A DNA stretch of 64,000 nucleotides from Hyphochytrium catenoides (Eukaryota; Protista; Hyphochytriomycota). The notes below the pieces were generated by a model, which was not told the origin of the DNA, made no database searches, and saw only the letters and a program-made list of their open reading frames with translations. Below, one piece after another: positions 40,402 through 53,110 of the stretch (positions are counted from its first letter, which is position 1; every line of letters starts with the position of its first letter). The DNA lies in NCBI GenBank assembly GCA_900088475.1, contig FLMG01000484.1:1-64000 (forward strand), in the 5' to 3' direction. The position numbers were made by a program, and so were the translations under genes.

Positions 40402-41308
40402 TTCTATGCGCGACACGGCAAAGCGTCAAGGTCATCCATTCTTATGTGAAGGACTATATCGTTGCTTGGCTCCTTATTATGGACCGCTTGAGCTCCTCTT
40501 CACCACCCACCTGTGAGAGGTATCACCACAGAGCTCTTCATTGCAGCCGCTCCTTTACATAGACTCGAGTCTCTCTGTCGAGAGCCGGAGAGAGACGAGC
40601 TCCTTGCTCTCATGATGGTTCAGTCGCAGGGGCCATTCGTGTTGCTTGCTCCCTCTCGACGCTCGCCACCTTATTCAAGCTTGAACAGCATTCCTACGGG
40701 GTTCCCGCATCTGTCAAACGGCCAGGTATCCTAGCTATAAGAAGGCCTTCCTAACTCCGACAAGCCCTGTCAATAAACATCCTGTCAGTCGTTTGGCAGC
40801 AGTGCCGGCAGAACCTCCATTTGCCAATCTGTCCACTCAAAGATAGACCACCTAAGAATACAGGACCGAGTTCTGTGTGTATTCAAAGATAAGCCGGTCA
40901 GGGGGGTTCACATTAAAAAAAAACAGCATTCTTGTAATTACTTACCTGATCATTATCCGATTAATAGTTTTTCACAGATGATTTGAGGCTTTGTGGTAAC
41001 TGAGGCTTAACCGGTCCTGTGGTTGACACAAGAATTAGTTGCGGAGCCCTACAGGAAGCGCGCAGCTGCTCGCCCAAACTCCTCATCCCGTGGCGATCGA
41101 ATGCCAAGTCTCAAACTCTGAGGTGTAGAACTACGCTCCTGCCCGGGACCAAGCCGCTGGCGCCATCTGCGTGCTCTTAGAAGCACTCTCATCATCAGAG
41201 GTGTTAAGCAGGAGACCATTATTTGAAGATTTCTGGAAAGTTCTGTAGGAGATCGCTGGGTGGTTCTGGTTCTTAAGCTGCCCACGAAGAGCTGACGTCG
41301 GCCGACCT

Positions 41309-43421
41309 ATGGCTCGAAGCCTTGACGGGGAGAGGCTTCATTGGCAGCGAAGCTACTTGGGGATATACAAGTTTTTCAGACGACTCTTGACTGCTGATGA
41401 TAACCTCAGGCGAGCGGCCCTGAAGGACATCTTGACTGACATTAAAGAACTTAGCGAGACCAATCAAGAGGAGCTGCACAATTATGTTCCCACAATCAAT
41501 CGGCTCGCCCTCGAGGCACCTTTCGAGGACATCCGAAAGGCTTTCTGTGAGCTCTCCTCCCGGCTAGCCAAGGTACGCATCCCATGCCATTCCTTTTGTT
41601 CTCTTGCTCTTTCCAAGGGACACGTAAAGTACAATGGCAGTCTGGCCAGCGACTAATACTCGTCTGTCTTCTTATGGCCAGGAATTCGGCCTCACTTTTG
41701 AGGCAAAGCAGTCTCCCAGCCTTTTTATTCCGTATGATAGGGTCGTACCTGTGGATGCGACAGATAGCGAACTTAGAGAGATATTCATCACCAGCTTCTG
41801 CCTGAGAGGAAGGGTGAGCCACTTAGAGCGAGTATTGGCCTTTCACCCTCCTTATCTCAAGGTAAGAATACTGTTAGTGGAGGGCCTGCTGGGGTCAAGG
41901 TCAGCGGAACTGACACACACGAGTCTTTCGCAGATATTTCGAAAGGTCTCAAATTCATTGATGTTTCACGGTAAGTCTGTCCTAGAATCGTCAGTGTGCT
42001 TCTCCATCCTCCTTCACTCTCGTTCTAACATAAATCCACCTATTCCGGCCGCTCTGGCTGAAGATGGCCCCTTGCCCCTTAGCTGGCGCTGCTACATTGC
42101 TATTATGGCCGCCTCCCGTTACCATTGCGGGTACATTGTAGCGTTAGAGGAGCAATACTTCATAATGAATGGAGGAGAGTCGACGTGGCTGAAGGGCCTG
42201 CAGTTCGCTCCTCTTAAGCTGCAGAAGTTGGCGAGGATCAATGCTGTTCTTGCTCACCGGCCGTGGCTGATGGATGTCAACCTAGTGAGGGATCTACTGG
42301 GAGGTGAAGACGCCTGGTCACTAACGGAGTTAGTTCATGCCCTAGTTATTCTCGCACACATCCATGCCCTCTCCTGCTTCGTCTGGGGCCTCGGTGTCAC
42401 TCCAGAAGTGGACCTGCAGTTTCCCTTTGACTCAGTGGGCGAACCTGAAAGTGATAGCGACCCAGAAGGTACGGAGGTCTTTAATCTTGTCAAGTTAGGC
42501 TCAGACTAAGTTAGGTGAAAGCAGACATTGCGCTAATAGAGAGAGATGAAACCGCTCTTTACTCACGGCTTATCACTGCTACAACGAGCCTTGCTAAATG
42601 TGTCCAGGAGGTAAGGCTCCAATCTGTGCAAGCTTCCGCAACGAACTAATAGAGTGAATGACCTAATACTTTGCCTTTATAGAACATGGATGACACTCAT
42701 GAGCCCTTTGAGGTCTCCGACGTCAAGTCTGGTGAGTGTACTTGCTTGAACCCGTTCGTCAGTACGTTGTCAGACTGACTTCGCTTACCTTATAGCTGCC
42801 CTTAGAATCAAGTCCAGCCAGCCTAAGGCTGACGTAGCGAAGTTTCGTGGCTCAATAGAGCTGGAGCATACAGATTTTGATGTCCGTTCAGAATCCTATC
42901 GGATCTTTCACACAGAAGACTTCTCTTGGGAGGACCAGGGATTTGCAACTCTGAACAGATTTCTGCCAGAGGCGGTAAATGTCTTTCAGTAGCTCTTTAC
43001 GGACTAGCCCTTCTGTTTAGCCTGATTCTCTCTGTCCACTCGAACCCCACAGGCGTCTGTCTTGGACGAGCTATTCCAGTTCGTACAAGTTCTGACCTAC
43101 TGTCGCTATAAGAACAGCGAAGAAGAAATTGACACGACGCCCTTCCGACGAGCCATTTGGATGTATGTGCTGAGAATAATGGGCATCTGTAACGATGACT
43201 ACGACTACCACGAAGTGAACGTCTTCCTCAACCGCCCTACCAAGGCCTTTGTAAAGAAGACTGCGTGCGTGCCCTATCGCATCAAGAAGAATGATTTTGA
43301 CCACTTTGACCATACCTTCACAGTGGAGGAGAAGTGCCACGTAGGATTGTTACTGATGGAAGCAAGAAAGCAAGCAAGTCTACTCTATGCTCTCTCTGCC
43401 ATTGGCAAGTATCTCCGTTGA
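41309..43421 (+). CDS. SESN: Sestrin (PA26 family)
   Basis: GPLPLSWRCYIAIMAASRYHCGY; LAHRPW; WSLTELVHALVILAHIH; EDFSWEDQG; FRRAIW; DDYDYHEVN; EEKCHVGLLLMEARKQASLLYAL. Confidence 0.95.
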
Positions 43422-44234
43422 GGCTAGTTACAGAGAGGAACACCGCTAGCCTGGCCGCTGAGAAGATGGCAAAAGTCTCAGGTTGGCCAACCTTTTTGAT
43501 ACACAATGCTTCCTTTAGAGCTAGCCTATTCGCTCACAATAGGGTGTCTATATATGAAGCCTTTAATGCATTGTCTCCCGTTGTGTCTCTTGGACACATC
43601 AGCCATAGTATGGATAACGTTGGACCTTGTGTCTTGCTTACAAGAGTGAGGTTACTTCTTTATATCAAAGCGCAGTCCTTTGACGCCTTTCAAGATGCAT
43701 ATAGTCCGGAAGACCTCCATCACGCTGCATCTCCTCTAGAGCTGGGCATCTCACTTTGAAGATGAACGCATACTCCTTGCATCAGAGCAAAGAAGTCATG
43801 CTTCTCTTTCTTTGTCAGAAGGTTTGCTATGACAAGGGCCTCTATATCCTTATTCTAGGTGACTACCTTTCAAGCTCTCATCCCTTGCGAAACCTCATTC
43901 ACAAGCTTCATCGACGCCATGTCCAGGTCCTTCTTCCTAAGCAAACGAAATGGATCTCAGGCGAGGAGACGAGGTTGCCTTTTTTCTTACTTTGATCCAA
44001 TTGGCTTTGATTCGGACGAACGTATGGCCCAGCTTTTGGAGCTCGTTGAGCCTAGACAATTACAGCAGTGGGCTGCCAGTGTTTATTGTCTGATGAAACT
44101 TGCCTGATATCGGTGACCAAGGGTCATCATTGACCTTCATTCTCTTATGGGGACGTCGATGCAGTCCTTCGGCCTAACAAAGACACAATACCAAGTGCGG
44201 TCACTGGTGAAGATTGAAGCCAACGGTATAGAAT

Positions 44235-44280
44235 AAGAGTCATGCCACTCCTTTTCAAGAGTCATGCACTCCTTTTCAAG
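44235..44280. repeat. Near-perfect 21-22 bp tandem duplication AAGAGTCATGC(C)ACTCCTTTTC
   Basis: Visible directly; intergenic. Confidence 0.85.
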
Positions 44281-45229
44281 TAGGGTTATGGGAGGTTGGC
44301 CTCCCTCTTTCGACGAGGGCAAGAGATGGCCTACCTGGGACTTCTCTGAGCCCTGACCACCATCATCATCATCTTCTTGAAGTCTCTGCTACTGTGTGAG
44401 TTGCTGCTTTTTGTTCTTTCTCCCCATCACCGTCAAGCTACTTACAGTAGGAGTAATAGGAGTGGATTGCTGCCTAAGAAAGAAGATGTCGCCCCTCTCC
44501 TGCTGCTACATAGAGTAAGTAGTGCCTTGATTTGAGTTGTCGCAGCGGAGGAGGTGGCAGTGAGTGAGGTGATAGGAGTAACATCATAAAAGAGCGTTGG
44601 GACGATAACATATAGGGGGCACATTGGTGTGCCATTTTTCGTTTGCTGCTGTAGAGTTTACCTCGTGGTGAAGCGACGTACGATTGATGAGTAATTCACC
44701 TGCAGTAGCCTGAAGGTTGGTGGCCAGCAAGTCCATGATAACATGTGCAGCAAAATGATGAAGCAAGAAGCGACTAAGGTTCCTGTTTCTTTCACACCTT
44801 TTATAAGATCTCATAGTACTTTGTAGTTGCGAGTATAGCTTCGACAGCAAAGAGCATTCTTCTATGATGAAGCTCAACTGAGGCTGACAACCCCTCATCG
44901 TCTAGGAGGTGCAACGTGCAAGAATATTACGTTAGTCAACGAGAGGGAGGAGGTGGCATCAATAATCTTATGGCCTGCTTGAAGCTAGGCAAACATGAAA
45001 CGCTGGGTGCTGTTGTCTGGCGTTCACAGGGGACCAAGCCCACTCTAGTAGGAAGTCAGACCCGAAGTGTCCGTTAGTCCTGCTTGTCTTATTCTCTTCT
45101 TGTGGTTTGTCCTGCACTGGTTCAAAGGGCTGCCTGGTGGTATCAGGTGCTCAGAGCAGACAGTGAGGATCTGGATGTGAAAGGAAGAGAGCCAACAGAG
45201 AGAGGGCCGACAGAGCGGGTGAGCGGTAG

Positions 45230-45297
45230 AGAGAGCAAGAGAGGGGGAGAGAGAGAGTGAGGGAGAGAGAGAGAGAGAGTGAGGGAGAGAGAAGAGC
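45230..45297. repeat. (GA)n microsatellite
   Basis: Visible directly. Confidence 0.85.
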
Positions 45298-45754
45298 GGA
45301 GGTGTTTCAGGGCCGAACCCACAGCAATTTTCTGGGTGAGAATGGGATCGCCAAAACTCTCCAGTCTGAGGTCCAGAGTTCAGATCGCGCTATCAGGAAT
45401 ATAAGAGGCTTTCATAGACGGCATGATCTAAATTATTCTGCATATCGTTTGCCTAATCAGACTTTGTCATTATTCCACACACCCATGACCTGGCCCTGCA
45501 CAGCACCTCTTCTTCAATCTGTCTCGCACCCTTTCCTCACCCCCGTTATAAATCTGCGTCCTCAGCTCCCTTCTTTCCATCTCTATCAAGCTCTGGCTCC
45601 CTAGCTCTTCATACCTCACTCGCCTTCCTGACCCTTGCCTCTCGGCTACTCTGTCTCTCCTCTCCTATTCTCTGTTTCTCAATCTCTCTTCTTTCCGTTA
45701 CTCTCACAGGCATGGAAGCTATAACACCGCACCAAATCCATCACTTCTTGTCTA

Positions 45755-46120
45755 TTTCTTTCTCTTCTCTCTCATCTCTTCTCTCTCTGTCTTGCTCCTT
45801 ATCACTCTCTCTCCCATCTCTGTTTTCTCTCCCCTCCTTTTCTCTCCCTGTTGTGGCTACAAAAGTTATATCTGTCTCCTACTTCTGATCCTCAACCTAC
45901 CCCATCACCTTCCTCTACCTCTTCTTCTTTCTGTCTCCTTCCCTTTCACAAGTTATGCTGTATTTATCAATATCTCCCTCCTNNNNNNNNNNNNNNNNNN
46001 NNNNNNNNNNNNNNNNNNNNNNNNNNNNNNNNNNNNNNNNNNNNNNNNNNNNNNNNNNNNNNNNNNNNNNNNNNNNNNNNNNNNNNNNNNNNNNNNNNNN
46101 NNNNNNNCTATCTCTCTCTT

Positions 46121-46151
<31 letters not shown>

Positions 46152-46235
46152 CTTTTTCTCTCTTTTTCTCTCTCTCTCCCTCTCTGTCATCTCCCTCTCT
46201 CTCTCTCTCCTTCGTTTCCCTCTCTCTCCCTCTCA
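45755..46235. repeat. CT-rich microsatellite region with assembly gap (N 45983-46107)
   Basis: Visible directly; upstream of the GRK gene. Confidence 0.9.
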
Positions 46236-46839
46236 TCTGCCAGATCCTATAACCTGATTCTCAGCATCAGCAACATCCATTGCAATAGAGAGAGGAGAAA
46301 CGCCTGACCTTCTCCTTGCTATCTTATTCCCTCTCTTGGACCCTGCCGCCACCGCGGCCCGACCGCACCAAAGTAAACTCAGGCAGCAAGAAAGGAAGTG
46401 TTATCTCCTTGGCAAGAAGAGGAAGAAAAGAGAGGAAGAGAGGAAGCGACCCTGTCTCAACTTCCGGGAGAAAGGAGGAACCGCAGACACGAAGAGAACT
46501 CCCCATCACGACACCTGAGAGTTCCCGTAGGATTTCACTCTGCCAAACTCTTTATACTCTGGACTTCCTCCATCCGCTCATTCTTCCCGAAAAACGTCCA
46601 AGCTTTGTTTGAAAGAGCCTTCTTCAAACGATTGCCGATAGCCTCCTAGTCATCCCAGTTCAGTCCAACAAGATTGAAACCGTTTGAAGGGCGATACATT
46701 TCAGGACAAGGCACCAAACAGACGTGCACTAGCTAGTCAGGGAAGTGGCACTCCCTTTTCACACCGCTAATAGCTGTACCCTGCCTAAGAGGAGAAAGAA
46801 GAGGAGAGAGAAAGGGGCAAAAACGGGCTCCAGTCAGCC

Positions 46840-49604
46840 ATGGAGGAGCTCCAGAATACTATTCAAGATGCACAGTACATGGGGGCAATGGTCGACCCCA
46901 CCCCAAGACCAACAGCGCCATTGCCTGTGCCTAAGTCTGCGAGAGCGGTAGGGTTAAGCCCAAGCTCCTCCTCCTCACTTATTCTTTGGCCTCTGTCTCA
47001 AGGCATATTCGCTCTGCATCAATATACCTTGGTTCCAGAAAACGCCCGCTCTCTTCATCGCAGCTCACAACTCAACCTGCATACAGATGCAATCATGCCT
47101 GTTCTCACTTAGTTGATGATCGCTAGGCCACTGCTGACCCCCTCTCGCTCCCCTTCCCTTGTCTCTACTGCGCAGCTGACAGAGTTTCAAGAGACGCTGC
47201 AGTCTCAGAATCCAAATGCTTTCACAATGGAGACTGTCTTAACTTCACCGATGGGCTTCTATCTGTTCAAGCGGTTCTGTCTTGAAAACCAGAGCGGCAC
47301 ACTCGCAAGCTTCTTAGAGGACATCCATCTGTACAGAGGTTTCAAGCTGTCTTCAGGGAGGAAGGAGCTGGCAAGGGACATCGTGAACACCTACTTGCTT
47401 CCTACCTCTAGGGGACCCAACAATATGCAGAAGGCGGTCAAAAGCGGAGATGGTTACGCTTTCGCTGCGAAAGGAAGCTATTCAACCTCCAGAGCCGCGC
47501 AAGAGGTGGCGAGATATAGGGACGAAAGGGCACTGCTACAGGTGAGTTCTGCTGTTGGACCAAGGCGGAACACTTCAACTGATCTCCCTTTAATATACTA
47601 GATTTCTGGTGAGCCCGTAGATGCCATCAGAGCCGCACTCTCAGAGAACAACAAGGGGGAGGTGCCTGTGGACTTGTTTGACCGTCTGGAAGCTATTGTC
47701 TTCGAGCTGCTGAGACAGACTATGTGGAACCACTTTCTGAGAAGCAAGTGGTTCAACAAATACATCTCCATGCTTTACGTCCAAGGTGAGGCTCGGCAAC
47801 AGAACCCTCTGCTCAGTCTGAGGTTCTATGGCTATAGCTAAGGCATGGGACACTTTATTTGGGACCAAATCGTGATCTGTTTGCCTTTGGCTTTTCCACC
47901 TTTGACAAGTAGCCGGTCCTGGGGTCTCGTAGCTTCTGACTTCTGCTTCATCGACCTCTCCCTCAGCATTACCTGTGAGACGAGAAGATTTCGCTCTCTT
48001 CCGCGTCATTGGCAGAGGCGGCTTTGGTATGGTCAACGGCTGTAAGCGTGGAATCACGGGTAAACTCTATGCAATGAAGGTGTTAAACAAGAAAATGATC
48101 AAGAAAAAGCAAGCGGAAAAGGTAACACTGTTGCTTACGTTGCTCGAGCTCTTCCCTCCCCTCTCAGCCTCATTGTTGCTCGCACTTCTCGATTAAGAGC
48201 TCACGAATATCGGTCTATTGCCCTCCATTTCGTCCCGTATTCCTCCTCTAGGTCGTCATAAATGAGCGGAACATGCTCCAGCTCGTGGACTCTCCCTTCA
48301 TCTTAGGCCTCAAGTACTCCTTCAGCACCAAAGACGATCTCTTCCTCATTCTAGATCTTTGTACTGGTGGAGATCTCTCGTTCCACCTGAGGAATGAGGG
48401 GAGATTTACCGAGGAGCGCTCAAAGTTCTACGCTGCACAGATCTTGTTAGGGCTGGAGCACATGCACTCTAAGAGCATCGTCTACAGGTGACGGCCCTGA
48501 TGACTGTGCCTTGAGTTGAGAAGCGCATCCTAGCACCGTTCTCTCCTAGAGACAACCATTTTCTTGAAGCGCTTTGCCTCCTCAGACCGCGATTTAACTT
48601 CTTTGCTTCTGTATCTCAGGGATCTGAAGCCTGACAATATTCTTTTGGACGCTGATGGGCATGCGAAAGTCTCTGATCTCGGGCTGGCGACCAATGTGAA
48701 ATCACAGCTCACAGGCCGCTGTGGGACGAGAGGATGTAAGCGCCCTCGTCCACACTTGTGTCCCGTGCTGGCTTTATCTAATCAGCGTCTTGCCTCTTTC
48801 ACCCCTAACGTCAGACTGGGCTCCAGAAGTGTTAGTGCGATCAGAAGACGGCAAACGTATTGCGTATACCAAGATGGTAGATTATTGGAGCTTTGGATGC
48901 ATTGTCTACGAGATGTTGTCTGGAGTCTGCCCCTTCCGATCATCCAAGGCCAAGTCATTGCTACCGGAAGACAAGGTCAGTAAGAGCACCTCACCGTCTA
49001 TTCCCTTGAGGATACATAGCCATGCCTCTCCAGTATCCGTCTCTGCTGTTGAAGGCTGAAGTCTCATATGCATCTCCCTTCTCTTCTATGCCACATGTAC
49101 ACAGCAACAATCCATGGACCTCGCCACCCTAGAGATGGAAGTGGAGTATGACCTCCAAATCTTCTCTTCGGATGCCCGTTCCTTGTGTCAAGGCCTCCTT
49201 ACTCGCGATCCAAGGAAAAGACTTGGGGCTAATGGTCCTCAGGAGATCAAGGATCATCCCTGGTTCTTTGGACTTGACTGGGACAAATTAGAGGCTTTCA
49301 AGATTCCTCCTCCGTTTGTACCAGAGAAAAACATCAATGCAAGAAGTCAAGGGACAATTGGCTCCTTCACAATTCCTGGAAAGGAGATCCAGTTGAGTGC
49401 TGAGGAGGAAGCATTATATGCTGATTGGCACTTCCAATCAGCAAAAGTGTTTCAGGAGGAGGTCATTGAATTGATTGAGTGGGAGTCCTCACAGGTGAGC
49501 CAGTCCTCCACATGCCGGTCCTTTCCCTTGCTTCAATGAAAGAGATTGGGGGAGCTTGTTGTTGGTCCAATTTCTACGTCCCTCTCGACATAAGATACTG
49601 ACGC

Positions 49605-49641
<37 letters not shown>

Positions 49642-49717
49642 GAAAAGTGGCAAGGGCTCCTCAGCGCCGAGGGGCGCCAATCAAGCAGAGAACACATCAT
49701 GTTGTGTCATTTCATAG
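46840..49717 (+). CDS. GRK: G-protein-coupled receptor kinase (N-helix, RGS-homology domain, AGC kinase, CaaX)
   Basis: MEELQNTIQDAQYMGAM; RH domain PMGFYLFKRFC..FLEDI..Y; FRVIGRGGFGMVNGC..TGKLYAMKVLNKKMIKKK; VYRDLKPDNILLD.DGHAKVSDLGLA; GRCGTRGYWAPEV; PPFVPEKNINA; ends CCVIS*. Confidence 0.93.
49604..49640. repeat. (CT)n(AT)n compound microsatellite directly before the 3' splice site of the last GRK intron
   Basis: ctctct...ctatatatatatatat-AG; acceptor AG at 49641-49642. Confidence 0.9.
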
Positions 49718-49815
49718 GGAAACAGTCTTCCCTTCCCACTGCGCTGATATCCTGATCCATAGTCTGTCGTCCAGACCCATTTGATTTATTAGTCATCTAT
49801 TCTTATTGCTAAATG

Positions 49816-52335
49816 TCAACTTGTACATTCAAAGACCGGACTGCCAAGGACACTCATGATGGGGATTACACCTAGCCCTACGTCACAAAAGGAGTTGTCA
49901 GCTTACAGTGATCACCATTGCAACAGATGTATGGAAGTGGAGAGACCGCGAGGGCACACACAGCATCAATAAGTTTAGGAGAGTCAAAGATGAGGATATT
50001 GAACCCCATGGCCAAAGCGCACTTACCTGGCCCAAGAGGTGCTGACAAGAATCCGTTCTCTCTTTTGGGAGCTCGTTCCGCTATGCTTTTGGTGACGTAA
50101 CTGTTAAAGTCCGTAGACGCAAAAAGAAAACGAGGCGGAGTCGAGTGCGCTAGGTGAGAGATAGCTGCTGTCACGATGTCTCCTCCCCAGGTGTCTTCGA
50201 TGTTCATAGCTATTCCCAGACTGAGGCAGAGGTCTCGAATTTGCCGGGCTTTTGTAAGGCCCCCAACCTTCGAGATCTTTAGGTTGATTACGTCGGTAGC
50301 AGAGTCCCCGATAGCGCGAAGCAGGACCTGATAATGTATATGATGTGGGCCAAAGAAGTTTAGCTCAATGCTACTATTGCTAGTAGACACAGAGGAAGTC
50401 GCTGTAAGCGCAAGGGGGATCAAAAAGGCCGAGACTACCTAGCACTGGAAGAAGGGACAGAGTCATTATGGCAAGAAGGGCGCTCTTTCAAATTGAGACA
50501 CATAACCAAACATCTTGGCTGCTTCTCCTGGCAGTCTGGCTGCAAGAGCAAAACTCTTAGGAACTTGGTCGTAGGGGTTTTCACGCTACCTTAATATCGG
50601 TGATGCTTTCGTCAAGGATAAATGGCTTAGTGCACATACGTCTGACACTAAGATTCTCCTCATAAGAGTCACAAGGCTGTTCTATGTAGACATCCACATC
50701 CCTAACGCCCTCCACCACTCGCACTGCCTCATGCATGAGCCATCCGGTGTTGGCATCTGCCATAAGGACATCACCCTGTGCGCAAGCCTGACGGCAGTGA
50801 ATGATCCTTGCAATGTCTTCTTCAGGATTGCTACCAACCTGAATGTTTAGCGTTCGTAAGGTGTCAAGAAGCCTAAGATGGGCGTACCAAGCCTGAAAGT
50901 GTCAGATCATCTTTGGGCAACAAAATCGGAAGGAAAGAAAGGATGAGGGTAATGGTAGTCGAAAACGAGAAAGAACAGAGAAAACCGGCGTGCCAAGAAG
51001 GAGCTTGGTTTGTGGGAGAAAGAAAGTTTGTCTACTGCCCAAGAAGAAGTAGAGGATGTAGATTGGCAATCGGATGCGGTGATGGCTATGAGAGGCGGTA
51101 TCCTGAGACTTTCCTTGAGCTGGAACTTTCTATATCCCTCACTGCGGTACCTCCTAATTGACTCCGCCATGCGCTCCGGAGTGTCTTGAGATATCGCCCT
51201 ACACCACGATAACTTTAGATCCCATCGAAAGGAGCAGAGACCCATATCATGACTGCGATACAACGAGCGGCAGATAGCGTTGGCGCTCTTTAGAGATCAA
51301 GCAAATAATCGAACGTTGGTAGAATAAAGCTGGGTAAGGGACTGTCACGGATAAAGTGGATCTCACCTATAAAGAGGATAGCTTTCTCCAAATCTTCCAC
51401 CCATAAGATGGGAGATGGGTTGGCGCGTTACTTTGCCTAGAATGTCCCAACAGGCGATGTCTGTTGCATTCCAACGGGAAGGGAGACGCGCAAAGGACTG
51501 AGTTAGCCATTACATCTTTTCCAAGAGATGGATGCCAACACAAGAGGAGACGGGGTTATACCGAGGCCATTCTCTTCTGACGTGCACAGCCAGAACTAGA
51601 CAATAGCAGATAACATCTAGGGCGACCACTTTGTGGGTGCACAACCTAAAGGGGCCTTGACGTAAGGGTGTCCTCTCATGGCAGCGTCCATCAGAAGGTT
51701 GATTTTCAGAAGTTCCGTGGGGTCCTGGCCTAACAAGGTAGGAGCCAGCTCTCGAATGCCCTCTCTGCGGGGCACACGGAACCGTTCATCAGTCAAGAAG
51801 AGAGAGGAGACCAAGGGAGAGGTGTGTGCAAGAGCGCGTACGGTGTAGGAGAGGCGGAGAAATGAAACAATGGAGACAAGTCACGCTCCGAACTATAGGC
51901 TCTAGCCCACAGTCCTACTCTACGGAGAGTGAGCAAACATAGAACGAGTTAGAGGAGAAGGGCCCCCGTCCTGGGTAGCACCTGCAGATAGGCTCTGAGA
52001 ATAGATTCGAAGGGAGCGTCAAGACATCGCGCTTCTGCAGACCTTGTTCCTTTAGCATATGCTGGCAGATAGGCCGGGCCCAATGGACAATTCTCTCCCC
52101 AGCCCACGACCCCTTCATCAGTCTCCACTCGCACCACGGTGGAGTCAAAGACTGTTACTGAGTTGCCTCCAGACCACGAGTCTGCGGACAAGCAAGGCGT
52201 AAGAGACCGCATATGGAAGATGAGCCTCCGAGCTAGGTAGGAGTCAGAAGCGATGGAACCTCTTTTGTCGCTCTTACATTTTCCTTCGACCAATGGGAGA
52301 TCTACTTGGAAGACGGAGATCTTGGTGATCTTCAT
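49816..52335 (-). CDS. Enolase-superfamily (MLE subgroup) enzyme, cis-3-hydroxy-L-proline dehydratase / 4-hydroxyproline betaine epimerase-like
   Basis: [52 protein letters not shown]; [20 protein letters not shown]; KFQLK|VG; DANTGW; IEQPC; LDE; [13 protein letters not shown]; [13 protein letters not shown]; PG|LGV; multiple GT-AG introns. Confidence 0.9.
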
Positions 52336-53110
52336 TCGTGCCAGCTGTCCAGAATTCTCGCCCTACAGATGGCAGCCCTGCCGCTTACAAAGCTCGCCCG
52401 GAAAGCCGCGGAAACAATCTTAGCTACAGCTCGTTAAGAGTATGTGCCACTGGAGGTTCCTGTCAGCAGCAGCAGCCAGGATAATGGTCTGTCCCTATAG
52501 CCTCTCTGTAGAACCCTCTGGCTCGTCCACAGCCGCGTCTCTATGATTATTCGAGGTAGAAGATCACCTGCTGTTGGCTGGTGAACTTCAACATGCGAAC
52601 CCATACAATCTTAGCGGCGTTACCGGCTTATTGTAAGGATTTTCCCCTGGCCGTAGCTTGATGTGAAGGAGCACGAGAGTGCTTGCTGGGAGGCTGCTTG
52701 TAAGGAAGCGTGTGAAAAGCGGCTGAAGAAAGAGGCTGGCTGAGGACGCATGGAAGTCTAGAGCAGCATAGCGGGCAACACTCTACAGGTGCCATATATT
52801 ACGCTATAATAAGACGGAGCGGCCTCACGCAGCTTAGAAATATAGATTTGAAGTCTACTGCCCACGGGAAGTGCAGCCTTTGAGCACCAACTCCAGGCAA
52901 TCTACTGAGGAGGAAAACAGTTGACTGCTCTCCCTAGTCTCTGTGGTCCAGTCGTGGTGATTGCTCTAGCTATCAGGGTCTGACATCGGCAATTTCCTAC
53001 GTCGTCCGTCCTAAGTTCTTAAGGATAATGATGGTCAGCGTCAGCCTTCCATAGAATACATTCGTTTAAAGTCCTTTACAATCGCCTGGACCCTGCAGCC
53101 GCTTCTGGCT

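Noticed and set aside
40937-41050. TACTTACCTG resembling the U1 snRNA 5' end
   Set aside because: No U1 loop I (GATCANGAA), loop II or Sm site follows; it is simply the reverse complement of a CAG|GTAAGT donor-like sequence.
43844-43851. ATATCCTT, an AT-AC donor-like motif
   Set aside because: No supportable gene model or matching branch point and AC acceptor.
43609-44107. Short plus-strand ORFs downstream of sestrin
   Set aside because: No motif and no convincing spliced model.
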